64,000 nucleotides of DNA from Dehalococcoidales bacterium (GTDB taxonomy: Bacteria > Chloroflexota > Dehalococcoidia > Dehalococcoidales > BS750m-G39). The stretch spans positions 1,766-65,765 of the forward strand of contig DAOULR010000001.1 of NCBI GenBank assembly GCA_034419075.1. The letters run 5' to 3'. Positions 41,442 through 50,375 of the stretch are shown here, piece after piece. How positions within the stretch are numbered: the stretch's first letter is position 1; every line of letters starts with the position of its first letter. The notes under the pieces were generated by a model, which saw nothing but the letters and a program-made list of their open reading frames with translations, was not told the DNA's origin and made no database searches. Both the position numbers and the translations under genes were made by a program.

Positions 41442-42437
41442 CTATTTTATCTCGTCTTCCTCTTGGCCGCCGTTAATGCGGGGACGGATGACCTTACCCT
41501 TCCTCTCGGCTTTGCGAACCAGGTCGGCTTCTTCGTGAGCCCAGTGCCAGTAATTAACCTCGTGGGGCGAATGCTCGGTGGCGGTGACGTACATCTCGCT
41601 GGCAAAGGAGCCACGCACCTCGTTTGCGATATCTTCCTTCCAGGGCTTGCGGAGTATCTGGGTAGTAATACGCCGGGTTACTCTAGAACCGGTGCACATA
41701 ATGAGCTCAGCGATTTCCCAGGCGCGTTTGTAGCAGGATTCGAGGTCAGGGCAGATCTCATTGACCATACCGAGAGCAAGGGCCTTTCGGGCCGTGATGA
41801 TCTCTCCGGTTAGCTCAGCATAAGCGAATCTCTTGCGGCCCATGAGCTCGCGCCAGGGGATCTGAATGCCGTCACCGGGAACCATGTTGACGCGGAAATG
41901 CATATCCGTCGTCCAGGCATCCTCAGTGCAGAGGGTGATATCGCTTAACAGTACCAGGTCCGTGTGGAAGGCGGCGCCGTTCCAAATCCCGATGGTGGGA
42001 ACCTCAACGTCAAAAATCTGACCTTCTATGTCATTGGTGCCGTCATAGTACTGATATTCATACATCCTCCAGGCCACTTCCGGGTTCGAGGCAAACTCGG
42101 TAGCCGGTTCCCATTTTTGAGTCTTTTCATTGAACTTGCCGATGCCTTTAGTGAAATCCTTGCCCATGCCGCCCAGGATTATGACCTCATTGTCCGGGTC
42201 CCGGCCTGCCCAGTCGAAAAAGTAGTGCAGGGCTTGGTGGTGGGAAGCCCCCCACTGCATGCTGTCGCCGTTGGAATGAAGCCGCGCTTCGAGGATGCCA
42301 TTCTTCCGCTTCATCAGGAGGCAATGCTTGAGCTTTTCCGAGTACTCTTCAAAAGGCACATGGGGAATAGTCCCTATTTCCTCATGCGGCATCTCCTTGC
42401 GCTTTCCAGCATCGGATTCATAATTGGCTCTAATCAT
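41442..42437 (-). CDS. crotonase-fold protein, 6-oxocamphor hydrolase-like beta-diketone hydrolase (paralog)
   Basis: PFEEYSEK, LHSNGDS.QW..SHH, HTDLVLLSD, DMHF..MVPGDG, SEMY motifs. Confidence 0.8.
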   Translation of the reverse strand: MIRANYESDAGKRKEMPHEEIGTIPHVPFEEYSEKLKHCLLMKRKNGILEARLHSNGDSMQWGASHHQALHYFFDWAGRDPDNEVIILGGMGKDFTKGIGKFNEKTQKWEPATEFASNPEVAWRMYEYQYYDGTNDIEGQIFDVEVPTIGIWNGAAFHTDLVLLSDITLCTEDAWTTDMHFRVNMVPGDGIQIPWRELMGRKRFAYAELTGEIITARKALALGMVNEICPDLESCYKRAWEIAELIMCTGSRVTRRITTQILRKPWKEDIANEVRGSFASEMYVTATEHSPHEVNYWHWAHEEADLVRKAERKGKVIRPRINGGQEEDEIK

Positions 42438-42665
42438 TATTTTCTCCCTCCTTTTACTAACTTCACAGGAATTTTTGACCTGCCCTCACTAATGATACCA
42501 CTCTTTAAATAATTATTGACGAAATACACTCTCCTCCTGCAATGTGTCAAGCAACCACAATCCTTCTCAAATCAAAGCTCCGGCGATGCGCTGGGGTTAA
42601 TAGCCAAGCCAAATGAGCTTCCCTAAAGCAACCCAGTACACTGATGCCTACACTACTTTTCTATT

Positions 42666-43967
42666 TTACTGCATTGTGCCGGGTAACCACAGTGCGATTT
42701 GCGGGAGAGCGATGAGGACAGCTATACAAATAGCCTCCGCTATGAGGAACGGGACTATGCTCCGGAATATCTTGCCAACTTTGACATTAATGGCTCCAGA
42801 GAGCAAAAAGGCATCCATCCCCACCGGCGGGGTAACCAGCCCCATTTCTACAAGTATCACCACTATAATCCCAAACCATATCGGGTCAAAGCCGAGGGTA
42901 TGAACAACCAAGGGGAATATAACGGGGATGCTAAGGATAACCGCCGAGATAATGTCCAGGAACATACCCAGAATAATGTAAAGGACAACTACACCCAATA
43001 AAATGAGATAGCGCGAGACTTCCAGCCCGGCAATAAGCTCGCCCATCGCCGTGGTAAGCTGGCTGACGGCAAGGAACTTCATCAGGATATAAGCCCCGAT
43101 GATAAGCAGCATGATCATGGTGGTGGTCTGTGCGGTTTCTAGAATAGCGCTGCGGAACTTCTTGAAGTTAAGACGCCGCATGGAGACAGTGATAAAAAGA
43201 GCGCCGAAGGCACCAACGGCTCCCCCCTCGGTAGGAGTGAAGACCCCCATATAGATACCCCCCAATACCACTATGAACAGGAGCACAGTAGGCCAAGTGA
43301 GTTTCAGCGACACTATCTTCTTCATCCAGCTGGTCTTCGGCCCCGCCGGCCCCGCCTTGGGGTTACGTAGCGTGATAAGAAAGATGGCGAGTGCAAACAA
43401 ACCAGCCAGAAATATTCCCGGGATAAAACCGGCCATATAGAGCTTGCTGATAGAAGTCTCGGTTAGAATGCCGTATATGATGAGCACCACGCTGGGGGGG
43501 ATAAGGAAAGCCAGGCCGCCGGCGCAGGCAATAGAACCAAGCGCCAGATTATCGTCATAATTGTATTTCCTCATCGACGGCAGGGCTACCTTACCCATGG
43601 TGACCAGAGCCGGGGAACTGACGCCGGTGATAGCGGCGAAAGCGGCACAGGCGATAACGGTAGCCATCGCCAGCCCTCCCCGCAACTGTCCCACCCATCT
43701 ATAGGCGGTTTCGTAGAGGTCGGCACCAACCCCCGATTCGAAGAGAACCACCCCCATGAAGATATAGAGTGGGACCGTCGTCATCATGTAGGTAGCCATA
43801 GTGGTGAAGGGAATCAGCGATATTACCCCGCAGGCGGGGTCCCAGCCCCTGATGATGACATAGCCGAAAAAGCCGACCAGGGCCATAGCCGCGCCAACCC
43901 ACATCCGGGCAAAGATAAAGCCCACCAGCACAACCAGCCCGATAGCGCCAATAAGTTCTGGACTCAC
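42666..43967 (-). CDS. dctM: TRAP transporter large permease
   Basis: 433-aa polytopic protein; TVPLYIFMG, LIPPS, TPTEGG, TPPVG motifs. Confidence 0.93.
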   Translation of the reverse strand: MSPELIGAIGLVVLVGFIFARMWVGAAMALVGFFGYVIIRGWDPACGVISLIPFTTMATYMMTTVPLYIFMGVVLFESGVGADLYETAYRWVGQLRGGLAMATVIACAAFAAITGVSSPALVTMGKVALPSMRKYNYDDNLALGSIACAGGLAFLIPPSVVLIIYGILTETSISKLYMAGFIPGIFLAGLFALAIFLITLRNPKAGPAGPKTSWMKKIVSLKLTWPTVLLFIVVLGGIYMGVFTPTEGGAVGAFGALFITVSMRRLNFKKFRSAILETAQTTTMIMLLIIGAYILMKFLAVSQLTTAMGELIAGLEVSRYLILLGVVVLYIILGMFLDIISAVILSIPVIFPLVVHTLGFDPIWFGIIVVILVEMGLVTPPVGMDAFLLSGAINVKVGKIFRSIVPFLIAEAICIAVLIALPQIALWLPGTMQ

Positions 43968-44431
43968 TTCTTAAACGCCTCGGATACTCTCTTAACCAGC
44001 AGCGCTACTATTGATATGGAAAACATAGCCCAGCCCACTGCCATTACCCAATAAAAGGGGGCCTGTGGCACGCTAAGGAGGGAACTGACGTCACTAGAAT
44101 CTATAGCTGCCGGGAAGCTTTGCCAGGTTATGATAGCGAACATGCCCAGGGCAATAAGTAGCGTGATATTGTCAACAATCACCTGAACCCGTCGCGGAAA
44201 TCGATCCATTATAAAGTCTACCTTGATGTGTTTTTCTTCTAGCGCCGCCCATGCCAGCGCTGGAAAAACGATGATTATCATCATTAAACAGGCGAGTTCT
44301 GGGGTACCTAGTATCGGCGAGTTAAAAAAATAACGGCCACAGACATTGGCTGTGACCAGTAGCATCATTACGATTATTACTCCCGCTGATACATAACCCA
44401 TCCACCGGCTTAGCTTGTACAGTATCGTCAT
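43964..44431 (-). CDS. dctQ: TRAP transporter small permease
   Basis: Four TM segments; RYFFNSPI, HIKVDF motifs. Confidence 0.92.
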   Translation of the reverse strand: MTILYKLSRWMGYVSAGVIIVMMLLVTANVCGRYFFNSPILGTPELACLMMIIIVFPALAWAALEEKHIKVDFIMDRFPRRVQVIVDNITLLIALGMFAIITWQSFPAAIDSSDVSSLLSVPQAPFYWVMAVGWAMFSISIVALLVKRVSEAFKK

Positions 44432-44592
44432 TATCTGATCTCCCGACTAGCTCAGGCTAACGATAAACTATCCGCTTTAATAACAATCACCAGCAAGCTG
44501 GAGGGATGAAATGCGGAATAACTTGCCACCAATCCAGGCAATGCGCACCACCCCCCAGCTTGCTAAAGGAGAGACCATGAAGAATATTCTAT

Positions 44593-45633
44593 TTATTCGC
44601 TTAATTCGGCTACTAGCTCCAGAGTCCGGTCATATAGCTCTTGCCCGGGTAGCCCGGCAGCTTCGCAGTCCGCTATCCACTTATCGTGGATTGGCGCCTT
44701 AACCAGGTCACGCCAGACATCTAACTGCTCAGGAGTAAGATAGGTGATGGTATGCCCTTCGACCACAGCCATAGCTTCAACCATGCATATGTCATCCCAG
44801 CTTGTCTGGAACTCCAGCCACTTTGGACCTGAGTCTAAGAGTACCTGCTGAAGGCTATTGGGAAGGCCGTTAAAGAAATCCTTGTTCACAATGACGAACA
44901 TCGGGGTCATGTTAACGCCACTACCGCCGAACACAGTGTGACACTTCAGCACATCCAGCGCCCCGAAGATCCAGCAGACCGGGAAGTGATTGACAACCCC
45001 ATCAACAACTCCTGTCATCAGAGACGGGGTCATCTCCGGTATCGGTATGTCTGACGCTGTGGCGCCAGCTTCCGCTAGTGCCGCAACCGTCATCGCCTCA
45101 GTACTCATGATCCTCAGACCCTGAGCGTCTTCAGGAGTTACCACCACTTTGTCAATGGTGTGGAGGTGCGTCGGGGGCATCATCATAAAACTGAGGATCA
45201 TCAAATTATCATCCCATTCGTCTTCCATCTCGGAAAACTCGTCCATCAGGGTCTGGTAGGCAGCCTCGATGTGCTGTTCGGGCCAGCCCATGAAGGGCAG
45301 TGACATGACAAGGCCCAGCTGGAAACCCTGCTCGCTGTCAATAACGTAGTGGGCAATGTCACAAACGCCGTCTATCGTACCCTGATAAGCCTCGGCGTCA
45401 TTGGCGAGCAAAGCTCCACCATGGATAATATTTATATCAAGTAAGCCCTCACTTTGCTCCTCGACCCATGCTCCCCAATCATCCCAGGCCGCGGCCACGG
45501 TTGACTCCGCCGGATTGTGGTCGTTAACTGTAACCGTGATTGGCCCGGTGATCTCTTCTTCGCAGGCAGTGGCGCACAAAGGCAATGCAATTAACGCCAG
45601 AATTAACAAACCAAAAATTAGAGTCCTTTTCAT
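44593..45633 (-). CDS. dctP: TRAP substrate-binding lipoprotein
   Basis: Lipobox-like ATAC, SLMTGVVDG, VNKDFFNGLP..LQQ motifs; upstream of dctQ-dctM. Confidence 0.88.
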   Translation of the reverse strand: MKRTLIFGLLILALIALPLCATACEEEITGPITVTVNDHNPAESTVAAAWDDWGAWVEEQSEGLLDINIIHGGALLANDAEAYQGTIDGVCDIAHYVIDSEQGFQLGLVMSLPFMGWPEQHIEAAYQTLMDEFSEMEDEWDDNLMILSFMMMPPTHLHTIDKVVVTPEDAQGLRIMSTEAMTVAALAEAGATASDIPIPEMTPSLMTGVVDGVVNHFPVCWIFGALDVLKCHTVFGGSGVNMTPMFVIVNKDFFNGLPNSLQQVLLDSGPKWLEFQTSWDDICMVEAMAVVEGHTITYLTPEQLDVWRDLVKAPIHDKWIADCEAAGLPGQELYDRTLELVAELSE

Positions 45634-45754
45634 CTTTTGCCTCCTAACTATTTAGTGACTTAAAGATAATCCTTTTTTCCTACGATATTTCACCCCCTTC
45701 TCGCTTTAGTGGTGGGAGAGCCGAATTCTCTCCACATATTTTCCTGCCAGCTTG

Positions 45755-45832
45755 TTGCGGTAAGTCTAACAGATATTATATAATATTATAAAAATTGTCA
45801 AGGGGTTGATAATCCATAGCCGTATCAATTTT
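45755..45832 (-). repeat. 78-bp inverted repeat copy 1: promoter/operator module facing the TRAP operon
   Basis: Reverse complement of 49321-49398 with 4 mismatches. Contains TTGACA-17-TAATAT on the minus strand and TTGATA-N11-TATCAA. Confidence 0.92.
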
Positions 45833-45978
45833 TTGTACAAAGTATTCTAGGTACAACTTTAGAGATTGTCAATATCTATATCGGCAATATATAAGGGTGC
45901 CTGCATTCTGCTTGTTGAATGTTGGCTAGAATCTATATTACAATAATAGCCCCAATTAGTTTTGAAAGAGTGTAACAG

Positions 45979-47427
45979 ATGACAGGAATAGGGATCATTG
46001 CTTACGGTGTTCATATACCCCGATATCGGTTAAGCCGTAAGACTATCTCCGAAGCTATGGGCTGGCTGAGCCCTGGAGCCTTACCGGGGGAAAAGGCGGT
46101 GGCTAATTATGATGAGGACAGCCTTACTATGGCTGCCACCGCCGGTTTAGATTGCCTCAAGGAGGTCAACCGGGCCAGGGTTGATAGCCTCTGCTTCGCC
46201 TCCACCACCTTTCCCTATAAGGAGAGAGAGAGCGCCGCTATAATCGCTACAGCCCTTGACCTCAGCCCCAACATACGTACGGCTGACATGGCTAATTCCC
46301 TCAAGGCCGGGACCGAAGCTATCCTCTACGCCGGTGACTCCGTTAAAGCCAAAGGGGCCGGTAATATCTTGGTCTGCGGCGCCGATTACCGTCTGGGCAA
46401 GCCAGGTAGTCCCCAGGAGACAGTCTTCGGGGATGGGGCTGCCGCTTTTCTTCTTGGCAGCAACGGTGTGATTGCCAGCTTGGAGGGCTGGTATTCCACC
46501 TCGTACGATTTTTCGGATTACCGCCGGTCGGAAGGTGATAAATTCGTGCGAGCTGCCGAAGATAGATTCATACGGCAAGCAGGTTACACCAAGTTCATCC
46601 CTGAGGCTATTTCGGGCTTATTAAAGAAGTATAAGCTGGGAACCAAGGACTTTGCCAAAGTAGCTTACCCCTGCCTTAACTTTAGAGAACATGCCGCTAT
46701 AGGGGAAAGGCTGGGCTTTCAGCCGGAACAAATTCAGGAACCTTTGTTTGGCGTGATAGGCGAAACAGGGGTGGCTTCGCCGCTGATTTTGCTGGTGGCT
46801 ATGCTGGAGGAGGCTAAGGCCGGTGATAACATCCTCCTCGCCAGCTATGGAAACGGCGCCGAGGCTCTATTCTTCAAGGTGACCGAAGAGATAGCCAAGC
46901 TAAAGGATAGAGAAAGGCTGAAGAAGTCCCTGGCCGATAGGAGAGAACTAGCCAGCTACGAAAAGTATCTAGCCTTCCGCGGCATAATTCCGGTAGATGT
47001 GGGGGGAGGTGAGGGGGAAGTTGCCCCCACCAAGTTGCCGCTGACATGGAGGGAACGGAAAGCAATCCTGTCGCTTTATGGCTCCAAATGTAAACGCTGC
47101 GGCACTCCCCAGTACCCCCCACAAAGAATCTGCGTCAACCCTGACTGTGGGGCTGTTGATGAGATGGAGGATTACCGCTTCGCCGATAAGAAGGGGGTCG
47201 TTTTCAGTTATACTGCCGATAACGTGGCTTCCTCCATCAGCCCTCCGCTATTATACGGCATGATAGACTTTGAAGGCGGGGGCAGGTTTGTCTTTGAGCT
47301 TGCCGATTGCGATAAGGACTCAATCAGGATAGGTATGCCGGTGGAAATGAGCCTGCGCCGGAAATATATAGATGAGCTACGAGGTATCCATGGCTATTTC
47401 TGGAAGGCGATACCAATAAGAGAGTGA
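45979..47427 (+). CDS. fusion of HMG-CoA-synthase-like domain (no catalytic Cys) and DUF35 Zn-ribbon/OB-fold domain
   Basis: HIPRYRL, DEDSLTMA, NSLKAGT (in place of ACKAG), SYGNGAEA; C-terminal CKRCG..YPPQRIC..PDC and GMPVEM. Confidence 0.85.
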   Translation: MTGIGIIAYGVHIPRYRLSRKTISEAMGWLSPGALPGEKAVANYDEDSLTMAATAGLDCLKEVNRARVDSLCFASTTFPYKERESAAIIATALDLSPNIRTADMANSLKAGTEAILYAGDSVKAKGAGNILVCGADYRLGKPGSPQETVFGDGAAAFLLGSNGVIASLEGWYSTSYDFSDYRRSEGDKFVRAAEDRFIRQAGYTKFIPEAISGLLKKYKLGTKDFAKVAYPCLNFREHAAIGERLGFQPEQIQEPLFGVIGETGVASPLILLVAMLEEAKAGDNILLASYGNGAEALFFKVTEEIAKLKDRERLKKSLADRRELASYEKYLAFRGIIPVDVGGGEGEVAPTKLPLTWRERKAILSLYGSKCKRCGTPQYPPQRICVNPDCGAVDEMEDYRFADKKGVVFSYTADNVASSISPPLLYGMIDFEGGGRFVFELADCDKDSIRIGMPVEMSLRRKYIDELRGIHGYFWKAIPIRE

Positions 47428-47446
47428 TAAGTAAGAGGGAGCAGAA

Positions 47447-48658
47447 ATGCCAGAGGGGATAAAGGACAAGGTTGCCATCATAGGGATGGGGTGTACTAAA
47501 TTTGGCGAGCTTTGGGATAAGAGCGCCGAGGATTTGATGGTTGAAGCCTTTGAGGAAGCCCTTGAAGATGCTGGGATAGAGAAGAAAGATATTCAGGCAG
47601 CCTGGCAGGGCAACCAGTTCACCGAGGTCAATATAGGACACAGTGCCATCCCCTTGGCTACTACCCTTAAGCTACCCTTCATCCCGGTAACACGCGTCGA
47701 AAACCTGTGCGCCAGTGGTACGGAGGCCCTTAGAGCCGCCTGTTACGCTGTTGCCTCAGGCGCCTGCGATATCGCTCTGGCTCTTGGGGTGGAAAAGATT
47801 AAGGATCTGGGCTTCGGGGGTCTTCCCAGGGCTAACGAGGACATAGTGTCCCTCGGCACTAGGGGGAGAGTCATCTTCCCCAACTGGGTTAACCCCAACC
47901 CGGGAATGTTTGCCATGATGGCTAACAGGTATTTCGAGCGGTATGGTCTCAGCATCGAAGAGGGCAAGACAACACTGGCTAAGGTATCCGTCAAAAGCCA
48001 CCACAACGGCTCTATGAACCCCAAGGCCCACCTCCGCCGAGAAATCACCGTGGAAGATGTGCTAAAGGCCCCCATCATCGCCTGGCCTCTAGGCCTGTTC
48101 GACGCCTGTGGTGTAAGTGACGGGTCAGCGGCGGCCATCTTGGTGCGAGCCGATATGGCCAAGAATTTTAGGCCCGACCCGGTTTACATCAAGGCCCTCC
48201 AGGTTGCCGCTGAGTCTGGGGAAAGCCTGTTATACACCGATTATGATTATACTCATGTGGAGACAACCCGCCGCGCCGCTGCCAAGGCTTACCAGGAAGC
48301 CGGCGTTAAGAATCCGCGGGAAGAAATCAGCATGATAGAAGCCCATGACTGTTTCTCCATAACCGAGATGGTTACCTACGAAGACCTGATGATATCTCCC
48401 CCGGGGAAGGCCAAGGAGGATATTGACTCTGGTTTCTTTGAGCTTGATGGCAAGATTCCCTGCCAGCCCGATGGCGGTCTAAAGTGCTTTGGTCATCCCA
48501 TCGGTGCCTCAGGACTCAGGATGCTATATGAAATGTACAAACAGCTTCAAGGCAAAGCGGGGGAAAGACAGGTAAAGAATCCCCGGTTGGGACTCACCCA
48601 CAACCTGGGCGGCCAGCCACCCCTAAGTGTATGCAGTGTCTGTGTCGTAGGTCTTTAG
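47447..48658 (+). CDS. thiolase, SCP2/archaeal-type acetyl-CoA acetyltransferase-like
   Basis: VENLCASG (Cys), EAHDCF, DGGLKCFGHPIGASG motifs. Confidence 0.92.
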   Translation: MPEGIKDKVAIIGMGCTKFGELWDKSAEDLMVEAFEEALEDAGIEKKDIQAAWQGNQFTEVNIGHSAIPLATTLKLPFIPVTRVENLCASGTEALRAACYAVASGACDIALALGVEKIKDLGFGGLPRANEDIVSLGTRGRVIFPNWVNPNPGMFAMMANRYFERYGLSIEEGKTTLAKVSVKSHHNGSMNPKAHLRREITVEDVLKAPIIAWPLGLFDACGVSDGSAAAILVRADMAKNFRPDPVYIKALQVAAESGESLLYTDYDYTHVETTRRAAAKAYQEAGVKNPREEISMIEAHDCFSITEMVTYEDLMISPPGKAKEDIDSGFFELDGKIPCQPDGGLKCFGHPIGASGLRMLYEMYKQLQGKAGERQVKNPRLGLTHNLGGQPPLSVCSVCVVGL

Positions 48659-48695
48659 GTCCTTAAGAGAAATGAGGTAAGGGCGAAGGGAGACT

Positions 48696-48716
48696 TGAAG
48701 TGAAGCTCAGCGGTAA
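48696..48716 (+). repeat. duplicated 5' end of the downstream SDR gene
   Basis: TGAAGTGAAGCTCAGCGGTAA versus TGAAATGAAGCTCAGCGGTAA at 49594-49614 (20/21 identical). Confidence 0.8.
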
Positions 48717-48752
48717 TGAGGGCGTGCCTACCGAACCTCGGCATGTTGGCTA

Positions 48753-49265
48753 TCACTCCTCACTTTTGAAATCAACAAACTGATTAACTAGGTGCTTTCT
48801 AATCTTCCTTAAAGAAGCTGTTAACATCTGCACTTCCTCTTCACCCATTGTAGGCATAGCCGAATTCATAACCTCTAGAGTGTCTGGTAGGCTTGTTCTA
48901 ATTAATTCTAATCCCCTTTTGGTGACGATGATCCTTTTAGTCCTACGGTCTTGGCCGACTAATTCCCTTTTCACCAAACCGTCTCTCTCGAGGACATCAA
49001 TGATCTGGGTAATAGTCTGTTTGGACCGGAGTAACATCCTGCTTAAATCTGTCGGCTTCATTACCCCGCCGTGTATTATCAACGTATGCATGATATCAAA
49101 TCGGCTCCGGTTCTGGCCGATTGTCCTTGCTTTCGCAGTTATATACTTATCCAAGAGCCAGCCAGCATTGAGAAGTTGAACAACTAGTCTAAATCTCAAA
49201 TTATCACCTATCGCTCTAATATCCTCAGCTAAAGATGCCAAGTCGCCGTTGAATTTATCAGTCAT
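48753..49265 (-). CDS. MarR-family transcriptional regulator
   Basis: TITQIIDVLERDGLVKR..GQDRRTKRIIVTKRG winged-helix signature. An AGGAG RBS supports ATG 49265. Confidence 0.92.
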   Translation of the reverse strand: MTDKFNGDLASLAEDIRAIGDNLRFRLVVQLLNAGWLLDKYITAKARTIGQNRSRFDIMHTLIIHGGVMKPTDLSRMLLRSKQTITQIIDVLERDGLVKRELVGQDRRTKRIIVTKRGLELIRTSLPDTLEVMNSAMPTMGEEEVQMLTASLRKIRKHLVNQFVDFKSEE

Positions 49266-49320
49266 TGTATGTCTCCTTAGATTAACTGATTCCGTACTAT
49301 TCAATACACAATTTTAAAGC

Positions 49321-49398
49321 AAAATTGATACGGCTATGAATTATCAACCCCTTGACAATTCTTATATTATTATATAATATCTGTTAGACTTAGCGCAA
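49321..49398 (+). repeat. 78-bp inverted repeat copy 2: promoter/operator module facing the SDR operon
   Basis: TTGACA 49352-49357, TAATAT 49375-49380, TTGATA-N11-TATCAA 49325-49347. Confidence 0.92.
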
Positions 49399-49597
49399 TA
49401 TCAAGTTAGAAATTCAGGGACCCAGTGAAATCTGGGCAAACCGTATCACATCGCTAGCTGTTTTGCAAGTGGTGAAGAGTTTTCGATGGGCTTGGAGGTT
49501 AAGGCGATACCGGGCAAGAAGATAATGGCAGAAACAAGGTTGTTGCTGGAAGTTCTGCCTAGTTTCAGAAACGGTACTTAAGAAAGGGGAAGCTGAA

Positions 49598-50359
49598 ATG
49601 AAGCTCAGCGGTAAGGTAGCCGTTGTTACCGGCAGCAGCCGAGGGATAGGCAAAGCTATTGCCATAGGTTTGGCCAAGGAAGGTGCCAAGGTCGTTGTTG
49701 CCGCTCGAGCGGAAACAGAAAACGAAAAGTTACCGGGGACGATATACAAAACGGCCGACGAAATCCAGGCCTCGGGAGGCTCGGCACTGCCAATAAAGTG
49801 TGACGTGACTGACGAGCAGAGCGTCAATGATATGGTGCAAAAAGCTCTGGCGGAATTTGGCCGCCTGGATATTCTGGTCAACAACGCCGCGGTTGCCTTT
49901 TATTATCCGGTAATAGAAACGCCCCTGAAGCGCTGGGAACTGGTGCTGAGGGTTGGCTTAACTGGTGCCTTTCTCTGCTCAAAAGCAGTCCTGCCTAAAA
50001 TGATAGAACAAAAGAGTGGCAGCATCATTAACATCTCCTCGCTGGCGGCCGACCAGCGGGTTCTCAGAGAGGTCTCTACGGGTGTGGCCTATGCCGTCAC
50101 CAAAGCTGGACTCGACCGCTTCACCCGGGGTCTAGCCGCCGAGGTGGGGTGGTATAATATTGCCGCCAATGCCGTCAAGCCGGCGGGAGTAGTCGATACG
50201 GAGGGGATGAGATTATGGCAGCCGAATGCAGATAAGTCACGGTGGGAGCCGCCGGACCGGATGGTAAAAGTGGTAATTTTCTTGGCCGGACAGGATGCTA
50301 AAGGTGTTACCGGTGTCGTCGCCACCGATGAAGAATTTTGTGTCTGGCACGGACTATAA
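49598..50359 (+). CDS. short-chain dehydrogenase/reductase (SDR)
   Basis: VTGSSRGIG, LVNNAA, NISS, YAVTK (YxxxK) motifs. Confidence 0.95.
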   Translation: MKLSGKVAVVTGSSRGIGKAIAIGLAKEGAKVVVAARAETENEKLPGTIYKTADEIQASGGSALPIKCDVTDEQSVNDMVQKALAEFGRLDILVNNAAVAFYYPVIETPLKRWELVLRVGLTGAFLCSKAVLPKMIEQKSGSIINISSLAADQRVLREVSTGVAYAVTKAGLDRFTRGLAAEVGWYNIAANAVKPAGVVDTEGMRLWQPNADKSRWEPPDRMVKVVIFLAGQDAKGVTGVVATDEEFCVWHGL

Positions 50360-50375
50360 TAGAGAGGACTTTTAG

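Noticed and set aside
45755-49398. Insertion sequence or invertase-driven phase switch
   Set aside because: No transposase or recombinase lies between or beside the repeats, no target duplication was seen outside them, and the repeats are promoter sequence. Kept only as a promoter duplication with possible passive inversion.
49420-49470. GGGCAAACC in the SDR leader as a c-di-GMP-I riboswitch
   Set aside because: The GNRA-capped P2 and the receptor-containing P3 helices could not be formed.
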